Assembly: GCA_965153355.1 (NCBI GenBank) | Contig: OZ231126.1 | Span: forward strand, 42,842,001-42,906,000 | Source of the DNA: Flaccisagitta enflata | Lineage: Eukaryota | Reading direction: 5' to 3' | Length of the DNA: 64,000 nt | In this document: positions 1 to 16,136 of the stretch, one piece after another | How the letters are laid out: every line of letters starts with the position of its first letter | Position numbering within the stretch: the stretch's first letter is position 1 | Notes under the pieces: model-generated | Told to the model about the DNA's origin: nothing | Databases searched by the model: none | What the model saw: only the letters and a program-made list of their open reading frames with translations | Position numbers and translations under genes: made by a program

Positions 1-660
1 CGCTCCGTTCATCCGTCTGTCCATCTATTCTTCCTCTCGCCAGTCATGGACATCCACCAGTCCATCTATGAGTCGTCTCTCTCCAACTCTCGGTATATTT
101 TCTAATACAAATTGCGTTATGAATTGCGGCAAAATGCTTTCTTTATGATCTGACATCCCACAACCCGACCCGATAAATCTTTGCACAGATGCTTCTCCTT
201 TTCCAGAACCAACCTGATGTTCTTTATGGAAGGTAGGTGAGCTGTCGCGGGTCGGTCATTGGGTCAAAAAAAGAAAAAAAAAGAATAGTTGAAGAAATTG
301 GAAGAAAGATGACAAGACCAAAACACGGTTTCTGGTCGTTTCGCATCGCTGTTGAAATCTAGAAATTAGAATAGACAGTTTATTCGTTTGAGGGAAATTT
401 GAAACAGTGCAAACAAAATACAAAACACTCATTCAAAACACAAATTATGATATGTGGTAAGTAGTAGAGTTGTAATTTTCATAAGAAAACACAATGAACA
501 TGCATTAAACAATGCAATGCAACAATACAATCGGTACTAGATTCCATGGCGCATAAAAGTATTAAGGCTGTCGGTCTAGTACAGGTCATTGAACCGAATG
601 TATGAATAAATTAAGAATAGAAGTACTATTTACAGAAAGATATTCAAGTTGGTAGTGTCA

Positions 661-1205
<545 letters not shown>

Positions 1206-1335
1206 CTACGGACATACTCTAACTTTCTCGGGGTGATGACTTCTCTCCGCTGATCTAACCCCCAGAACTTGTTCCTTTGACACTCCTCCTTGATGAAGCA
1301 CAGATAGGGACGACGTGGATACGTGTGTGGCACTC

Positions 1336-1463
<128 letters not shown>

Positions 1464-2396
1464 AAGAGAGAGGAGAAAGAGAAAGAGAAAATTACCAAGT
1501 GAGAGAACACAAGAGTTAACTCGCGCTTTCCACCCCTGAAAAAAGATGTGGATCTGCATGTGTTGATAATTTCTTTCCGGCCGAGATGAGGAATCTCTTA
1601 TGGTCCTTCACACATGGTTCTATCATCCCATCCCTTCAGGCGGACGGACGGTATCTCGTTCGGCAGCACAGTAATTTCCTCAACCAGCTCCTACGGTAGC
1701 CCATCCAGTCCCCAGTGAATGTATGGTCTTCTGTTTATTGTACCACTTTTCATCCAGTCCTTTAAATGGTCTTTAAATTTTGATATGGTATCGCATACAA
1801 TCACCCATCAAGTCTCCTATATCCAGTACCCTCGTACGTTATCTCAAACGGTACCTCATTCTACGCCCTCGTCTAGTCTCTCATCCAGTCCTTCATACAG
1901 TCCCTCTCTCACACGGTGTTTAATTCATTTTTCCCTTCCCTCATTCTGCAGTTTGAGACGACTGTTGAAATGAGAAATGAGATTTATAACAAGATTTCAT
2001 CGTCAGCCTTCATTGGATTTCGCGCTCATCCGGAGTCAGGCAACATCTGCTGCCCTTTTCCTGATTTATTCCTTCCAGTTCGTGAGTCTGAATCGCTGTC
2101 AGCCTTTACAAAAAAAGAAAAAAAAATGTTGTGTCTGACTTTTTTTTCTGTTTTCTTTTTCTATACGTATAGCCGTCTTTTTCTTTGAAATGGTGTATTG
2201 GAGAAGGATGGTCTTAAGTTGTATTGATGGTGAATGAGTCTGAATCGCTGTCAGCCTCTAAAAAAATGTTGTCTGTTCTTTTTTTAAATGTTTAGCCATC
2301 TTTTTTTCATCGTGCATTGGACAAGGATAGTCTGAAATTGTAAGGGAGTTGTAATGAAACGCCATTTTCAAGATTGGGGACTAATATTTGTGTTTT

Positions 2397-2522
2397 TAGT
2401 TGCGAACACTCGACTCTACACCTTGCCATGTATGTCGGTCCGCCCGTCCGTCGATCCGTCAGTCCGTCACATTTCTGAATTGCGATTTGCCGCGACTGGA
2501 TTGCCGTGTATCCGGCCTTGTT
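2397..2522 (+). mobile_element. Family A DINE-1/HINE-like element (short variant)
   Basis: 5' TAGTTGCG..CGACTCTAC, (GTCC)-type microsatellite, 3' GCCGTGTATCCGGCCTTGTT hairpin end. Confidence 0.7.
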
Positions 2523-3089
2523 TTTACTTACAAATACACAATCATTGAGTAACAATACGTCAATACCTCGTTATTTCAATTCGGATTGATCTCTTGTACT
2601 TGATTCTATCTCAAGCTTATTGTTGTAGCCTCGTTGCCTGTCGGTTGTTACTGCTGACCACTGAAGAGACAACGTATCTCTCACTATTGCAGCCTTTCAT
2701 CCCATTTCCTAGCTCCTTCATACTCCATCCAAAACAGCTTCAAGCCTTAGGCCATCTATTTCCATATTTGTATTCACAAAGACGCTGGCCCTTGCCTTCA
2801 GCCAAATTCTCTGCCGTCTTTTTCTATTTTCTATTTCCCCTTTTGCCCCCATTTGATGTACACATAAACTCTCATTATGTACAATTCCTATGTGTTCTTT
2901 GTTGCTGTTTTTTCTTTCTTTAGTTTCGAGAAGTCAACACCTGACTTGCCTAAAGATGAATATCTGTTTGTTTGGGTGAGGATATATGACTATCTGTGGT
3001 CGGCCTGGCTCCTATTCAGTTAGAATGCGCGTCCATCTGTCCGTCTCGTTCAACATTTATTTCTTTTTCTGTATTTTTGTTTACCTGTG

Positions 3090-3434
<345 letters not shown>

Positions 3435-4412
3435 TTTCTTTTTCCCCATGTCTCAGCCCGGCCTCTCTCTCACACACACCCATAAACTCTCATCTTCTGC
3501 AAATCTCATTCTAATTGAGCTCCAAGCCGCGATCTGCCTGAACAAATGTTTGTCGCCTTGTTTACTCTCGACGATCAACTTTCTCATGAGATTTCTCCTT
3601 TGCCCCCTTGACTCCTTTGCCCCCTTGCCTCCTTTGCCTCCATTGCCTCCTTTGCCGCCTTTGGCTCCATTGCCCCCTATCCTTCTTTCATTGCTTTCAG
3701 GCCTGTATATAGTTGCATATTGCCCGGGGGGGGGGGGAGGGGAATAAAGTGAAAGGATTTGGAAATGGGGAAGGAAATTAAAGGGTGAAAAATGAAAGGT
3801 TGTGCAACTATATACAGCCCTGATTGCTTCCTTGTTGTTTTTGTTTCTCTGTTTCTCTGTTTCTCTGTTTCCCTGTTTCCCTGTTTCCCTGTTTCCCTGT
3901 TTCTCTGTCTCTTTGTTTGTTTGTTTGTTTGTTTGTTTGTTTGTTTGTTTGTTTGTTTGTTTGTTTGTTTTTTGTTTGTTTGTTTCTTGCTTTCATTTCT
4001 TTTCATTTGTTTGTTTGCTTCATTCTTTCCCTCTTTCCCTCTATCTTTCTTTTTAGTTGCAGACACGCTACTCTATGAGAGGCTACGTCCACCCGTAGGT
4101 CCATCGGTCTGTTGGTCCGTCAGTCAGTCAGTCCTTCGGTCGAAGGTCATCAAGTTGAAAAGTGGGAAAAATTTTAGTGTCTGTTTGAGTATGGGGGGTG
4201 GGTTGGGGTGTGGATGGGGGTTGGATGCCCCTGCCCGCCCGGCCGCAACGATATTGTGACCCCGCGTCACTAGTTTTCCTTATTTCTATTTTTCTTACCA
4301 ATAAGATTTGCTTTCTCGTTAGCCCGCTCTCTTTCCCACTCCATTTTCTACCAGAACTTTGTTACTTGTTTAGGTCTTCATCATCCGTTTTCTTTAGGAT
4401 TCCTTATGTTAT

Positions 4413-4623
4413 TAGTCGCGTGCACGCGACTCTACAACCCGCTTTGTCCGTCGGTCGGTCGGTTGGTCGGTCGGTTGGTCGGTTGGTCGGTCGGTCACAC
4501 TTTACTTCTTTTTATGATTTTATTTCTTGGACCTCACTGCTCCTGCCCACGTTGCCTAGTGACCTCAAATATGGCCCCTGCCCACCCGCACGCGACTTCG
4601 GTAGCCGTGTATCCGGCCTTGTT
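4413..4623 (+). mobile_element. Family A DINE-1/HINE-like non-autonomous rolling-circle element
   Basis: 5' palindrome AGTCGCGTGCACGCGACT, (GGTC)n, subterminal inverted copy CACGCGACT, 3' hairpin GCCG-TGTATC-CGGC then CTTGTT. T-rich flanks, no TSD. Confidence 0.8.
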
Positions 4624-4717
4624 TCCAGTATTTCTTCCTTTGGAACTCTCTCTGTCCTCGTCCTTTTCTGCCAGTCTGTCTTGTGTCTCTCTTTCTGTCT
4701 GTCTGTATATCAGTCTA

Positions 4718-4905
<188 letters not shown>

Positions 4906-5298
4906 TACAGTTGAGCTATACTTGAGCGCATGCCAAGGGACAAGGAAAAATTATGCCTTATAGTGAAGCTGCCTTATTGCAAATATACTTAGAAATAACC
5001 AAAAAATCTCTGATGGGACAAAAAAGTTGCATGCCTTAAAGGCGGGCATGCCTTTTTAGCGGATGGGCTCTTGTGGTGCTCCACTGTATTTGGCATTGAC
5101 TCTACATTGGGGGAAGGGGGAATAGAGAGATATCTGAGTCATGCATCCATTTAGCATCTTTCACCCCAAATGTCAACTTCAACTCCATATCCAAGTTTGG
5201 ATGCCACCCCACGTTTCGAGGTCACCAAAGCGAGAAAAAAAAAGAAGATTCCACTCCAACTGGCCTCTGAGCATTTATCCTTTAACCAAAAAAAGGCA

Positions 5299-5301
<3 letters not shown>

Positions 5302-5331
<30 letters not shown>

Positions 5332-5351
5332 AATGATGATGATATTGTTGT

Positions 5352-5441
<90 letters not shown>
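5302..5441. repeat. (GAT)n microsatellite
   Basis: Direct reading. Confidence 0.96.
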
Positions 5442-5442
<1 letters not shown>

Positions 5443-5506
5443 ACCACGCACAACCATGGATGAAGAGGCAGAATATTTGGTTGCAATCATCATGAAATCA
5501 TGGATT

Positions 5507-5591
<85 letters not shown>

Positions 5592-6053
5592 AGAAACCGA
5601 GACAGAGGCAGAGGCAGCACAGTAGAACGAGACTGAGAGATGAACCTAATTGAATAGACCGACTACTAAAAAGTCTCACGTGATTTTTGTTGAAATCCCC
5701 AGATAAAATATTTCACCAAAAGTCACGATTTTAATCTCAAATCCTATCTCATTTTTTTCTAATCTTTTTTCTCATTTTCTTGTCCCCTACTCTTTCATCT
5801 TTTTTATTCTTCTTCCACATCTTCATCTGTTCCTCTTTTTCATTTCATCCTCTTTCACTTTCTTCTTTTTCTACTCTTTCTACTCCTTATTCTCCTTCTT
5901 GTTTTTGTTTTTGCTCTTGTTCTTTTCCTACTTAAAGTGCCTCTTTCAGTCACCGACTCGCAATTCCGCCTGTCCATCCATTTGGCCTGTCCGTCCCTCG
6001 CTACGGTGGTCCTTCAGGCTTGAATTAGAGTGTGATCTCACACATTTGAGATA

Positions 6054-6137
<84 letters not shown>

Positions 6138-6286
6138 AAGGGCTATAGAAATAGTGGATGAATCATCCTCTTTGACAATTAATGGTAACTCATTAACGGT
6201 ATCGATCTACCCATCAGACAGAAAAAAAAAAGAATTCTTAATGGTTTTCTATCAAACTAATGCCATGTTTAAGCGGAAAAAGATTA

Positions 6287-7021
6287 CACCGTCTTTAAAT
6301 CGAAATGGCAAATAGTAAACCTTTGTCGCTCCAAAACTACGAGCCCAAAATCTTTCAAATTTTCAGTGAATGTTGGTAACAGCATTTTGTCACGCCAAAA
6401 CTCAGATTTTGACACTGAATAGTTTGGGGTCAGTAAAACAAACGGAACACGCCCAATTTTTAGGGCTGAATCTTTTTTTCTTGCTTTATTTGAGAGGACT
6501 TGTCTTTATCCATGTACAGATGTAAAAAAAATTGAGCTAGAACTCCAGGGTTGGTCTCAAATGATAAGAAATTTTTCAGAGATTAGACATTTACCAAAAA
6601 ATTTTTTCAGAGATTAGACATTTACCAATCATTGCTGAAATCCAGACCGTCAATTATTTGAAAATCATTCAAATCTTCATAAACACAATAAAATAATGAA
6701 ATTTTCAAGCAGATCTCATGTTCATGATTTGTAATTCTTCATTTAAGACCAACCCAGGGTTCAAGCTTGCTTAGTCAGGAAAAAAGCAATAAAAAAAAAG
6801 AGATTCTTCCAAATATAGTTGGGACAAATTGATTTTTTCCATAAAATTGATAGCTTTTCAATGCTTTAATGACCCTCAAACTATTCAGTATCAAAATCTG
6901 AGTTTTGGCATGACAAGATGGTCAGTTGTTACAAACATTTACTAAAAATTTGAAGGCTTTTGAGCAAATAATTTTGGAGCTAGAAAGGTTTACTATTTGC
7001 CCTTTCGATTTAAAGACGGTG
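6287..7021. mobile_element. MITE with long (~290 bp) imperfect TIRs, TA TSD (Tc1/mariner-like)
   Basis: TA|CACCGTCTTTAAATCGAAA...TTTCGATTTAAAGACGGTG|TA. Internal blocks also mirror each other. Confidence 0.85.
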
Positions 7022-8160
7022 TAGATTGGCGCTGAATGGATGTAGTTTCAAAGGGCTTTCAAATAATTTGAAATTACAATCAGTTTTTTAAGATGCGTCC
7101 TCGTATCTTTATGATAGGCTGTGTCCGTTGGTAGGTCGGTTGGTTGTTTGGTCGGTTGGTCAGTATCGCCTTCATAAAAAAAAAAACCCCATCAAAATCA
7201 TGCATTTTTTCAACAGACATTTAGCAGTTCATTCTTTGAATCCTTTATTGACATTCATTCCTAAAAAAAACTTATATTCATAAAAAAAAAAAAAACATAT
7301 ATTCATAAAAAAAAAAAACATTCATTCATAAAAAACATTAATTCAAAGAGGACGTATTGTTGAGCTACTTGACCTTGTTTTGTAGATATTTTGTTAGAAT
7401 TCACCATTTAAAGTTTTTTATCCGCGTGGTAAGCTAGGTTTTGCAAATCGATCGAGTTACCGATGAACAACGCACTATCTGAAGCCAACATAAGCTTGCA
7501 GGCCTACTTAAGGATGCCACACAAATAACCAGTTTTTTTTCTTTTTTGAGTAGAGAGATGAGATAAAAGGGAATTGGGAAATGGATCTGGGAATTGAGAA
7601 GTTTAAGCTCTGAATCCATTTATCCGAGACGGAAGACGATCCTTCAAAAGACGAAAATAAAAAAGAAAAAAACAAAACAAAACACTTCATTCTATTCATC
7701 ACTTTTGCAAGGAAAGAAGAAAAAAAAATCCCCGCAATGACAAAAAGTTTGATTGCTTGGAAAAATGCATTTGCGGAATTTTTTTTCTTGATTAAAAGAA
7801 GAATTACTATGAACAAAATAACGAAAAAAGAGAAGGAAAAACAATCGCGGCGGATTGATCATGTGATTCATATCATCATTAATGATTCGTTATCATATGT
7901 TTTGATCAAAACATAATTCAATTGTCCTGTCGTTCTCAGCCAATGTAAATTACCATAAAGCGGCTCAATCTTGATTGTCCAAAATGTCATTTCCATGGTA
8001 ATTTTTGCTTTCTTTCTATATTTTCCACGTGCGTCTTCTTCTTTGAAAAAATACAAATATTGTAGTTTTTCAGACAAGCTGCTAATAATGAAGTAATAGT
8101 AATATGATAGCAATATTATTATGTAATGCAGTGCAAAAGAGCTAAAGAAATGGAAAAGGC

Positions 8161-8776
8161 CACTGTGCTTTCAATCAAAATCTGAGTGAAGAATCATATA
8201 ACAGTGGGTTTCTCCGCATTTTTGTGTAGTGTTGGGGTGTGATAACATGTAACTAGCCTAAACAAAATCATTCACCGAGCGCTTTTTGAGTAATCTTCAA
8301 AATGGAAAAGATTTAGACCCATTTTCAATTAAGATTCTACTGAGATGTATTGACTTAGTTTTTGACTCCATATTGTTAATCTATGCAAAGTTTCCATTCA
8401 TTTGATAGGTCGCACTCTATACTTTTGCAAAGAATTAAAATTTTCATTTTTTGAGTCACCGTTACAAAAAAGTAACGGTGGCTCAAAAAATGAAAACTTC
8501 ATTTTGAAATCAAACCATATAGTGTGACCTATCAAATGAAAGGGAATTTTGCATAGATTAATAATATGAAGTCAAAAAATAGGTCAATACAACTCAGTAG
8601 AATCTTCACTGAAAATGGGTTTGATTTTTTTCCATTTTGAAGATTACTAAAAAAGCGGTCGGTGAATGATTTTATTTTGGCTAGTTACATGTTATCACAG
8701 CCCAACCCTACACAACAATGCGGAGAAACCCACTGTTATATGATTTTTCACTCAGATTTTGATTGAAAGCACAGTG
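8161..8776. mobile_element. Foldback (fully palindromic) MITE, CAC..GTG ends, 4-bp TSD AGGC (Chapaev/CMC-like)
   Basis: AGGC|CACTGTGCTTTCAATCAAAATCTGAGTGAA...TTCACTCAGATTTTGATTGAAAGCACAGTG|AGGC. Arms meet at CACCGTTAC-AAAAAA-GTAACGGTG. Confidence 0.88.
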
Positions 8777-9754
8777 AGGCACAAAGTCATTTGAGCTGTC
8801 GACGTACCAATGGGTAAATGCCAACGTATAGATTGAGCTCCCCGGTTATTTTTTTTGTAATTCCATTGGCTCTGGCACTGCCTCCGGTCATCAACAGTTG
8901 TCTGATAACTTGAGTTACGTGACCACTTGACAATCATGTACATACAAATGGGCAGGCAAAAGGGAGACGAAGGAAGAAGCAAACGGGAAACATCCAAGAG
9001 GAATGAGATCAAAATCAGGGCAACGAGTAGAGGAAAGATTGAGAGTGCAATTAGTGAGGGGGGAAAAACATTCAAGTAAGGCGGGGTTACAGAAGGGGAG
9101 ACACCGACCAACAACCCCCTTCCCCCTCTGCACCTTCCCTTCCCCCACACAAACAAGGACGCGGCATCTTAAATGCTCGGTCTAACATTTTCCAGATAGA
9201 ACGTGACGGACCCATGGACCAACGGACCGACGGACCATTGGACCAATGGACCAACAGACTTACGGACTAAGCCTTTTCTACCGTCGCTAGTCCGCGATTA
9301 AAATGGGAGAGAAAAGAGAGAGAGAAAAATGATGAGAAAAAGATAAGAATAAAAATGAAGACAGAAGAAAGTTAAGAATCAGAAGATTAGAAAGAAAAAG
9401 GAAAGATGAAGAGGAAAAAGAGAAGAAATGAAAGATGAAAAAGAAAAAGAAGAGAAAGTGACAGGAGAACTGGAGGTAGGAAAAAATTACAAAGAAAACA
9501 TAAAGAAAAAGAAGAAGAAGAAGAAGAAGAAAAAAGAGAAAGAAAAAGAAAAAGAAAAAGAGGAAGAAGAAGAAAAAGAAGAAAAACATGAAAAGAAAAG
9601 AAAAAGAAAAAGAAAAATACATAGAAAAAACATAGAAAAAGACATAAAAAAAACATAGAAAAAGAAAAGAAAAAAAGAAGAAGAAAAAGAAGAAGAAGAA
9701 GAAGAAGAAGAAGAAGAAGAAGAAGAAGAAGAAGAAGAAGAAGAAGAAGAAGAA

Positions 9755-9844
<90 letters not shown>

Positions 9845-10159
9845 AAGCACAAGCAGAAGCTGCTGAAGGTGATATATGGACGCAGTGAAAGACGTTGTGG
9901 TAATGAACCTTTGCCAGTCAAATAACGCCACGGCCAACTTGGAAGCTTGGAGTTGGAAGAAAACCTGCTCTGCCTCAGGACGGAGAAAATGAAGAAAACG
10001 AGGAATTAGAGGGGGAAGTAGAACTCACGCACTGGACAGAAACACAGGTACGCAGACACTTGGGGAAAACGCATGAACACAGACACAAACAGAGACAAAC
10101 ACAAAAGCAACCAGCAAATACTAATATTGACGCTATCACAAACAAAAATACACAAAGGC

Positions 10160-10249
<90 letters not shown>

Positions 10250-10421
10250 ACATACACGTATTTACAAACAAAATAATCCGGACGTCAATGCGTACATCCA
10301 TCCAATTATCTTTTTTCTCTCTACTATGTGCTCTTCACTGACCATGGATGCTTTTACGGTTTACGGTCATTCGGTCAAGGGTAAAACTAATTGAACTTGC
10401 TTTCGTCCATCTTTCTCTCTC

Positions 10422-10531
<110 letters not shown>

Positions 10532-10888
10532 CAAAGATTCCATAAAGATAGAGACCCGGGGGCCGGAGAGAGAGGGGGTCTTGTCCGTTCAATAAGATAA
10601 ACTATGCAGCGACTGAGATGTAGAATACCGGTTAGGCGCTTTGGCGGGAGCGACATTGCAGAAAACACGCTATATGAACAAACGTGACCACCAAACGGAC
10701 TGACTGACTGAAAAGTAAGTCATAGAGTTGCTTAGTACGCGACTTAAAGAAAGAAGATCTAGTAGAGTCCCTTAGAGAAAGGAAGGACCGGTCCAGGCGT
10801 TCTACCACTCTAAAGGGCGCATTTCATTCAACAATTCTTCTCACTGTCTCTGTCCCTGTCCCTGTCCCTGTCTCTGTCTCTCTCTTTC

Positions 10889-10937
<49 letters not shown>

Positions 10938-10966
10938 GTCTCTGTCTCTCTTCCTCTGTCTGTCTG

Positions 10967-11157
<191 letters not shown>

Positions 11158-11813
11158 GTCTCTGTATTGGCGCTGGATTGATGATGATAATGGTTACCGA
11201 GTCAACCGGGGCCACTTGTTCGTATTTTCAACTCCGCAGTTTGTGGAAATGAAAGAATGCTGATGGAAGAAAATCTGCAGATAATGTTCACAGGGAAAGC
11301 AGCGCTTGAAGTCACAAGTAAAATCTCTTATCATTGCCTTATACACTACCACTCAGCGACAGTGGATTTAATTTTCTGGTTGTTTATAGACTGCAGATTT
11401 TGTCATTTTTCCAACGACATTTATGCAGTATCCTCTCGTGCGTTTATCTCTGTGACTTTTTCATATGGCAGAACTAACAAGAAAACATAAGCTAAGAAAA
11501 AAAGTTGAGCAAGAAAAAAAAAAAAAAAAAAAAAAAAAAAACCATAAGGAAAATGAAGAAAAAAGAAAAAGAAAAAATTAAGAGATAAGAAGGAAGCTCA
11601 GAGAGGAAGAAAAGAAATATCATAAAAGAAGGCAAGGGAGAGTGAAAAGAGAAATGTGTTGGTAGGACACATGCGGCGATTATGATGATGGTTTTGGGCG
11701 GTGGCGTCTTCAATCTTGTCATTGCTGACGATGTTCTTTTGGATTGACGGTGATGACGGTGGCGCTAGTTGGAGGATAAAGACAGACATTCAGAAATGCA
11801 GCGAGAAAGCGAG

Positions 11814-11898
<85 letters not shown>

Positions 11899-11974
11899 AG
11901 GCAAACTGAAAAACAGACAGACTGATAGACAAAATTACAGAAAACAGATGAATTGGCAGACAGATTGAAAGACT

Positions 11975-12059
<85 letters not shown>

Positions 12060-12303
12060 TTAGGCAGATTTTTAGACAGAAATATTAAGAAAGAGACCAA
12101 GACAGGTAGAGACCCAGGACAGAAAGGGAGACAGAGGAATGGTTTTAGACCTGTTGGATTGTGTCTTGGCATGAAAACGCGACAGGCATCACTCAAGAGT
12201 ATCGAGTCTCAAGTCTCGAATCGACGCGAAGGCAATTCAGTGGTTATATAATCGCGTTTTTAGGGATGATTCTTAGGTGTAAGACTGATACTGTCATACA
12301 TAT

Positions 12304-12507
12304 AACAAGGCCGGATACACGGCTACCCCAGTCGCGTGCGTGTGGGCAGGGGCCATATTTGATGTCACTTCATCATTTGGGCAGGAGCAGTGAGGCCAAA
12401 GAACGCAAAAAAAAAAATAAAGTAAAGTGTGACGGACGGACCGAGGGACGGACGGACGGACGGACGGACCAACAAAGCGGGGTGTAGAGTCGCGTAGCAC
12501 GCAACTA
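12304..12507 (-). mobile_element. Family A HINE-like element
   Basis: Reverse-complement copy: AACAAGGCCGGATACACGGC...GTAGAGTCGCGTAGCACGCAACTA. Confidence 0.8.
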
Positions 12508-13250
12508 AAAACTAATACGAATCATCGTGCATGAAAATATGTAGCTGGTATGGACAGACAAGTCGACGCTGATGCACTGATGGTGGAAGATGATCGGGGG
12601 TGGGTGGGTGGTGGCTGATACCGCAAATGGTGGCTGGTGCCGAACTAAAGCGTGATGATGGCGTGTTGGCGTGTTGGCGTGATATTGGCAATAATTAGAG
12701 TAACCGGGGCTGATACGTGATGGTGTAATGATAGCTAATACTGAGGCTGATGTCGAGACTAATACATGATTGTTGTTGGTAGCATGATGTTCATAACTTC
12801 ATTGATGCTGTTGCTAATGTTGGCTGATGCCGTTGCTGATGTTGACTCATGCTTGTTAATGTTGACTGATTCCACTGCTGATGGTGGCAGATGCCGCTGC
12901 TGATGGTGGCAGATGCTGCTGCTGATGGTGGGGTGGAGCGAAATTAGTTTTCCCCCTGAATTCATCTGCATTTAGATGGAGAGCGTCTGACGAGAAAGAA
13001 GAGAATCTTCTTCTTTTATTCTTCTTCATCTTCTTTTCCTCGTCTTCTTCTTTTTCTGTTTTCCTTCTTTTTCTCGTCTTCTTCTTCTTTTCCTCTTCTT
13101 CCTAAGCCTTTCTTTTCTTTTCTCTACTGTTCGTCTCTCATTTTCTTCATCTACTCCTTCTCAACTCAACGATTACTTACTTCTCATTCTCGCTCCGCTT
13201 CTTTTTGTTTTCTTTATTTTTTTTCCTTCTGTCTTTCTTTTTCGGTTTTT

Positions 13251-13863
13251 GGGCAGCGGCCCCGAAGGGGCCGATGACCTATGCTTTCACACATAGGGGA
13301 AATTTCTCCTTCTTCTTCTTCTCCTTCTTCCGTCCCCCCCACCTCAAAATTAAATCTTGAAACCAAATTCTAACCGAGACTCAAATCCCCGCTTTGAAGC
13401 TCAAATCCCAGCCTCGAGGCTCAAATCTCAGTCTCCAGGCTCAAATCTCAGCCTTGAGGCTCAAATCCCAGCCCTGAGGCTCAAATCCCAGTCTCAAGGC
13501 TAATCCAGCCTTGGGCTCAAATCCTAGCCTCGAAGCTCAAATCCCAGCTTGGCTCAAATCAGCCTCGGCTCAAATCCCAGCCTCACAGCTCAAATCCTCA
13601 GCTCAAATCCCAGCCTCAGCTCAAATCAGCCTCAAAGCTCAAATCTCAGCCTTGAAGCTGAAATCCCGGCCTCGAAGCTCAAATCCCAGCCTCAAGGCCC
13701 CAATTCCAGCCTCCAGGCCTTAATTCCATCCTTGGGGCCCAAATAAAAACAGCATAGGTCATCGGCCCCTTCGGGGCCGCTGCCCCTCTAACCACCTCAC
13801 ACCCACATTCACTCACCTAGGGGCAACGGGTACCGCTGACCATCTAACGCTTTTGCGACTATT
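13251..13863 (+). mobile_element. Family B HINE-like element with ~35-bp subterminal inverted repeats and internal ~21-bp minisatellite
   Basis: GGGCAGCGGCCCCGAAGGGGCCGATGACCTATGCT ... AGCATAGGTCATCGGCCCCTTCGGGGCCGCTGCCC, then a ~75-bp 3' extension. Interior (GCTCAAATCCCAGCCTCGAGG)n. Follows a T run. Confidence 0.8.
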
Positions 13864-14885
13864 ATCCTTGAAGCTATTTTTGTTTGATTTTTTTTTTTTG
13901 CTTTGACTTTTTTTAAGATCTTGTTGTTTTGATGTTTTTGTTCATGATTTTCATTTTGTTTCAGTTGTTGTAGCAAAGGTAGCTATGACCGTAGGTCCAT
14001 TGGTCAACTCGTAGTCACTTTGCGGTTTTGGCTTATTTAGCCGGTTTTGCATCTTTGCCATCATATCTTAGAATGCATTGATAAGACTCATGATAGATGA
14101 CGTTAGCTTCGACAAATCATATCTTAAAAGATTGAATTTGTGAACAGGTGAATCCCAGCCCCAATTTATCAACATTTACCTGTTACTTCCTGCAAATAAG
14201 GAGAAGAGGGGGAGGGGGAAGGGAAATTGCAAAGACATCTTTGGTGTGTCGTCGCGTCGAAGATTCAAAACCGTAAAGCCGTGTGTTAGATCTGTCTGTT
14301 TCTCCCCTCCCCCCGTGTTCTCGTCTTTTTTTCAGTATTGAATAATGCTTGTGTGTTTGATACGCAATGTGCTATCTAGCACAAAAGTTTTTCGGCAAGA
14401 TTAGAATCAGGTTCTGTATCCATCATCCATCATCCATCATTCAGAAAACATCAATGAGACACATGTGAGACTTTCTTTGAGTGTTATGGACATCAACGTA
14501 TTTCATTAATTGAACCAATACGCTTTTGTTGACGTATTTCAAAGTGGAATGACACGACTTCCCCTTACAACATGAGAGCAGATTTTTTTTCAGCCCTTGC
14601 TTTATGGTGTGTGCTCCCGTCTCTGTAGCTGTCTCCATAAAAATATCTGACAAGAGACCGGGTTTAGAGGGAGTAAAGACATGCTTGTCATTTCTAAATG
14701 AATTGAGATAGAAGAATGCGGTTGGTGACGATAGCTCAGAAATTTAATGTAGTCTCAGAATCTCACAGATTTTCATATAAGTTTGAGCAGAGATATGTCC
14801 CATAATGCTTGCCGATAAACATATGTTCTAGATAGTATCAGCATAAGCTAGCGTGTGAAGCTCATATAACAGTCCGATCGTTTTT

Positions 14886-15519
14886 GGGCAGTGGCCCCAA
14901 AGGGCCGATGTCCTGTAGAACACAGGGGGGAATTGGGGCGTCCGTCCGTCCGTCGTCAAATCCGTCGTCCGTCCGTCCGTCCGTCCGTCCGTCCGTCGTC
15001 CGTCCGTCCGTCCATCTCGTCCGTCCGTCCGTCCGTCCATCCGATCGTCGTCTTCAGTCATCCCCGTTGACCATCAGGTCTCAAAGTGGTCCTCAGGCCT
15101 CAATTTAGCCCTCCAGGCCTCAAATCAGCCAGGCTTCAAATCATCCCCATGCCTCAAATCTGCCTCCAAACCTCAAATCTGCCCTCCAGACCTCGAATAT
15201 ACCCTCCAGACCTCAAATCTGCCCTCCAGATCTTCAACCAGCCCTCCAAGCATAAAACCAGCCCCCCAAACCTAAAATTTGCTCTCCAAGCCTTAATTAT
15301 GCCTTCCAGCCTTCAAATATGCCTTTAGTGGCTTAAATCAGCCATCTAGAGCCCCTTTAAGATAGACGGTAGGACGGACGTCTCGAAATTCCCCCCTGTG
15401 TTCTACAGGACATCGGCCCTTTGGGGCCGCTGCCATTCTCTCCCTCCACATCTTCACTGGATCACTCCCAGCAGGGCATCGGGTACCGCTGACCATGTGC
15501 GATCCTTGGATGACTAGTT
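14886..15519 (+). mobile_element. Family B element (GTCCTGTAGAACACAGGGG subfamily)
   Basis: Same asymmetric inverted-repeat layout, (GTCC)n, 21-bp minisatellite, 3' tail GGGTACCGCTGACC...ATCCTTGGATGACTAGTT. Confidence 0.8.
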
Positions 15520-15700
15520 ACATCTAAAGAAAGAATTATCACTGAGCTTATCAACTCATCTGTAAAGTTCACAACAACCATCTTTCTTTTTCCTTTCAAC
15601 GATACTCATGTTCCATTAGCCTCCCCCCCTCCTCTTGTTACTTATCCTCTCATCATCTTCTTCTTCTTCTTCTGCTTCTGCTTCTGCTTCTGCTTCTTCT

Positions 15701-15735
<35 letters not shown>

Positions 15736-15938
15736 TTCCTATTCTTCTCTCCTCTTCTCCTCCAGAGGGCCTTTATTTCTTTTTGCTCCCCCTCGTCCAT
15801 TTCTTTTCTGTTATGACAATCATAGAAATCCGCTCCGGGATGCTCCAATGTTTGCCCCCAGTTTCTCCTTCTTTATTGCTGTCACGCTACTCTCATTGTC
15901 CTGCTGGTTGGATTTGTCGCTGATATCGTCATTACCAC

Positions 15939-16035
<97 letters not shown>

Positions 16036-16037
16036 AC

Positions 16038-16136
<99 letters not shown>
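15939..16136. repeat. (TTG)n microsatellite
   Basis: Direct reading. Confidence 0.97.

Noticed and set aside
2083-2370. Diverged ~150-bp tandem duplication (GAGTCTGAATCGCTGTCAGCCT)
   Set aside because: Only two degenerate units with no sign of function.
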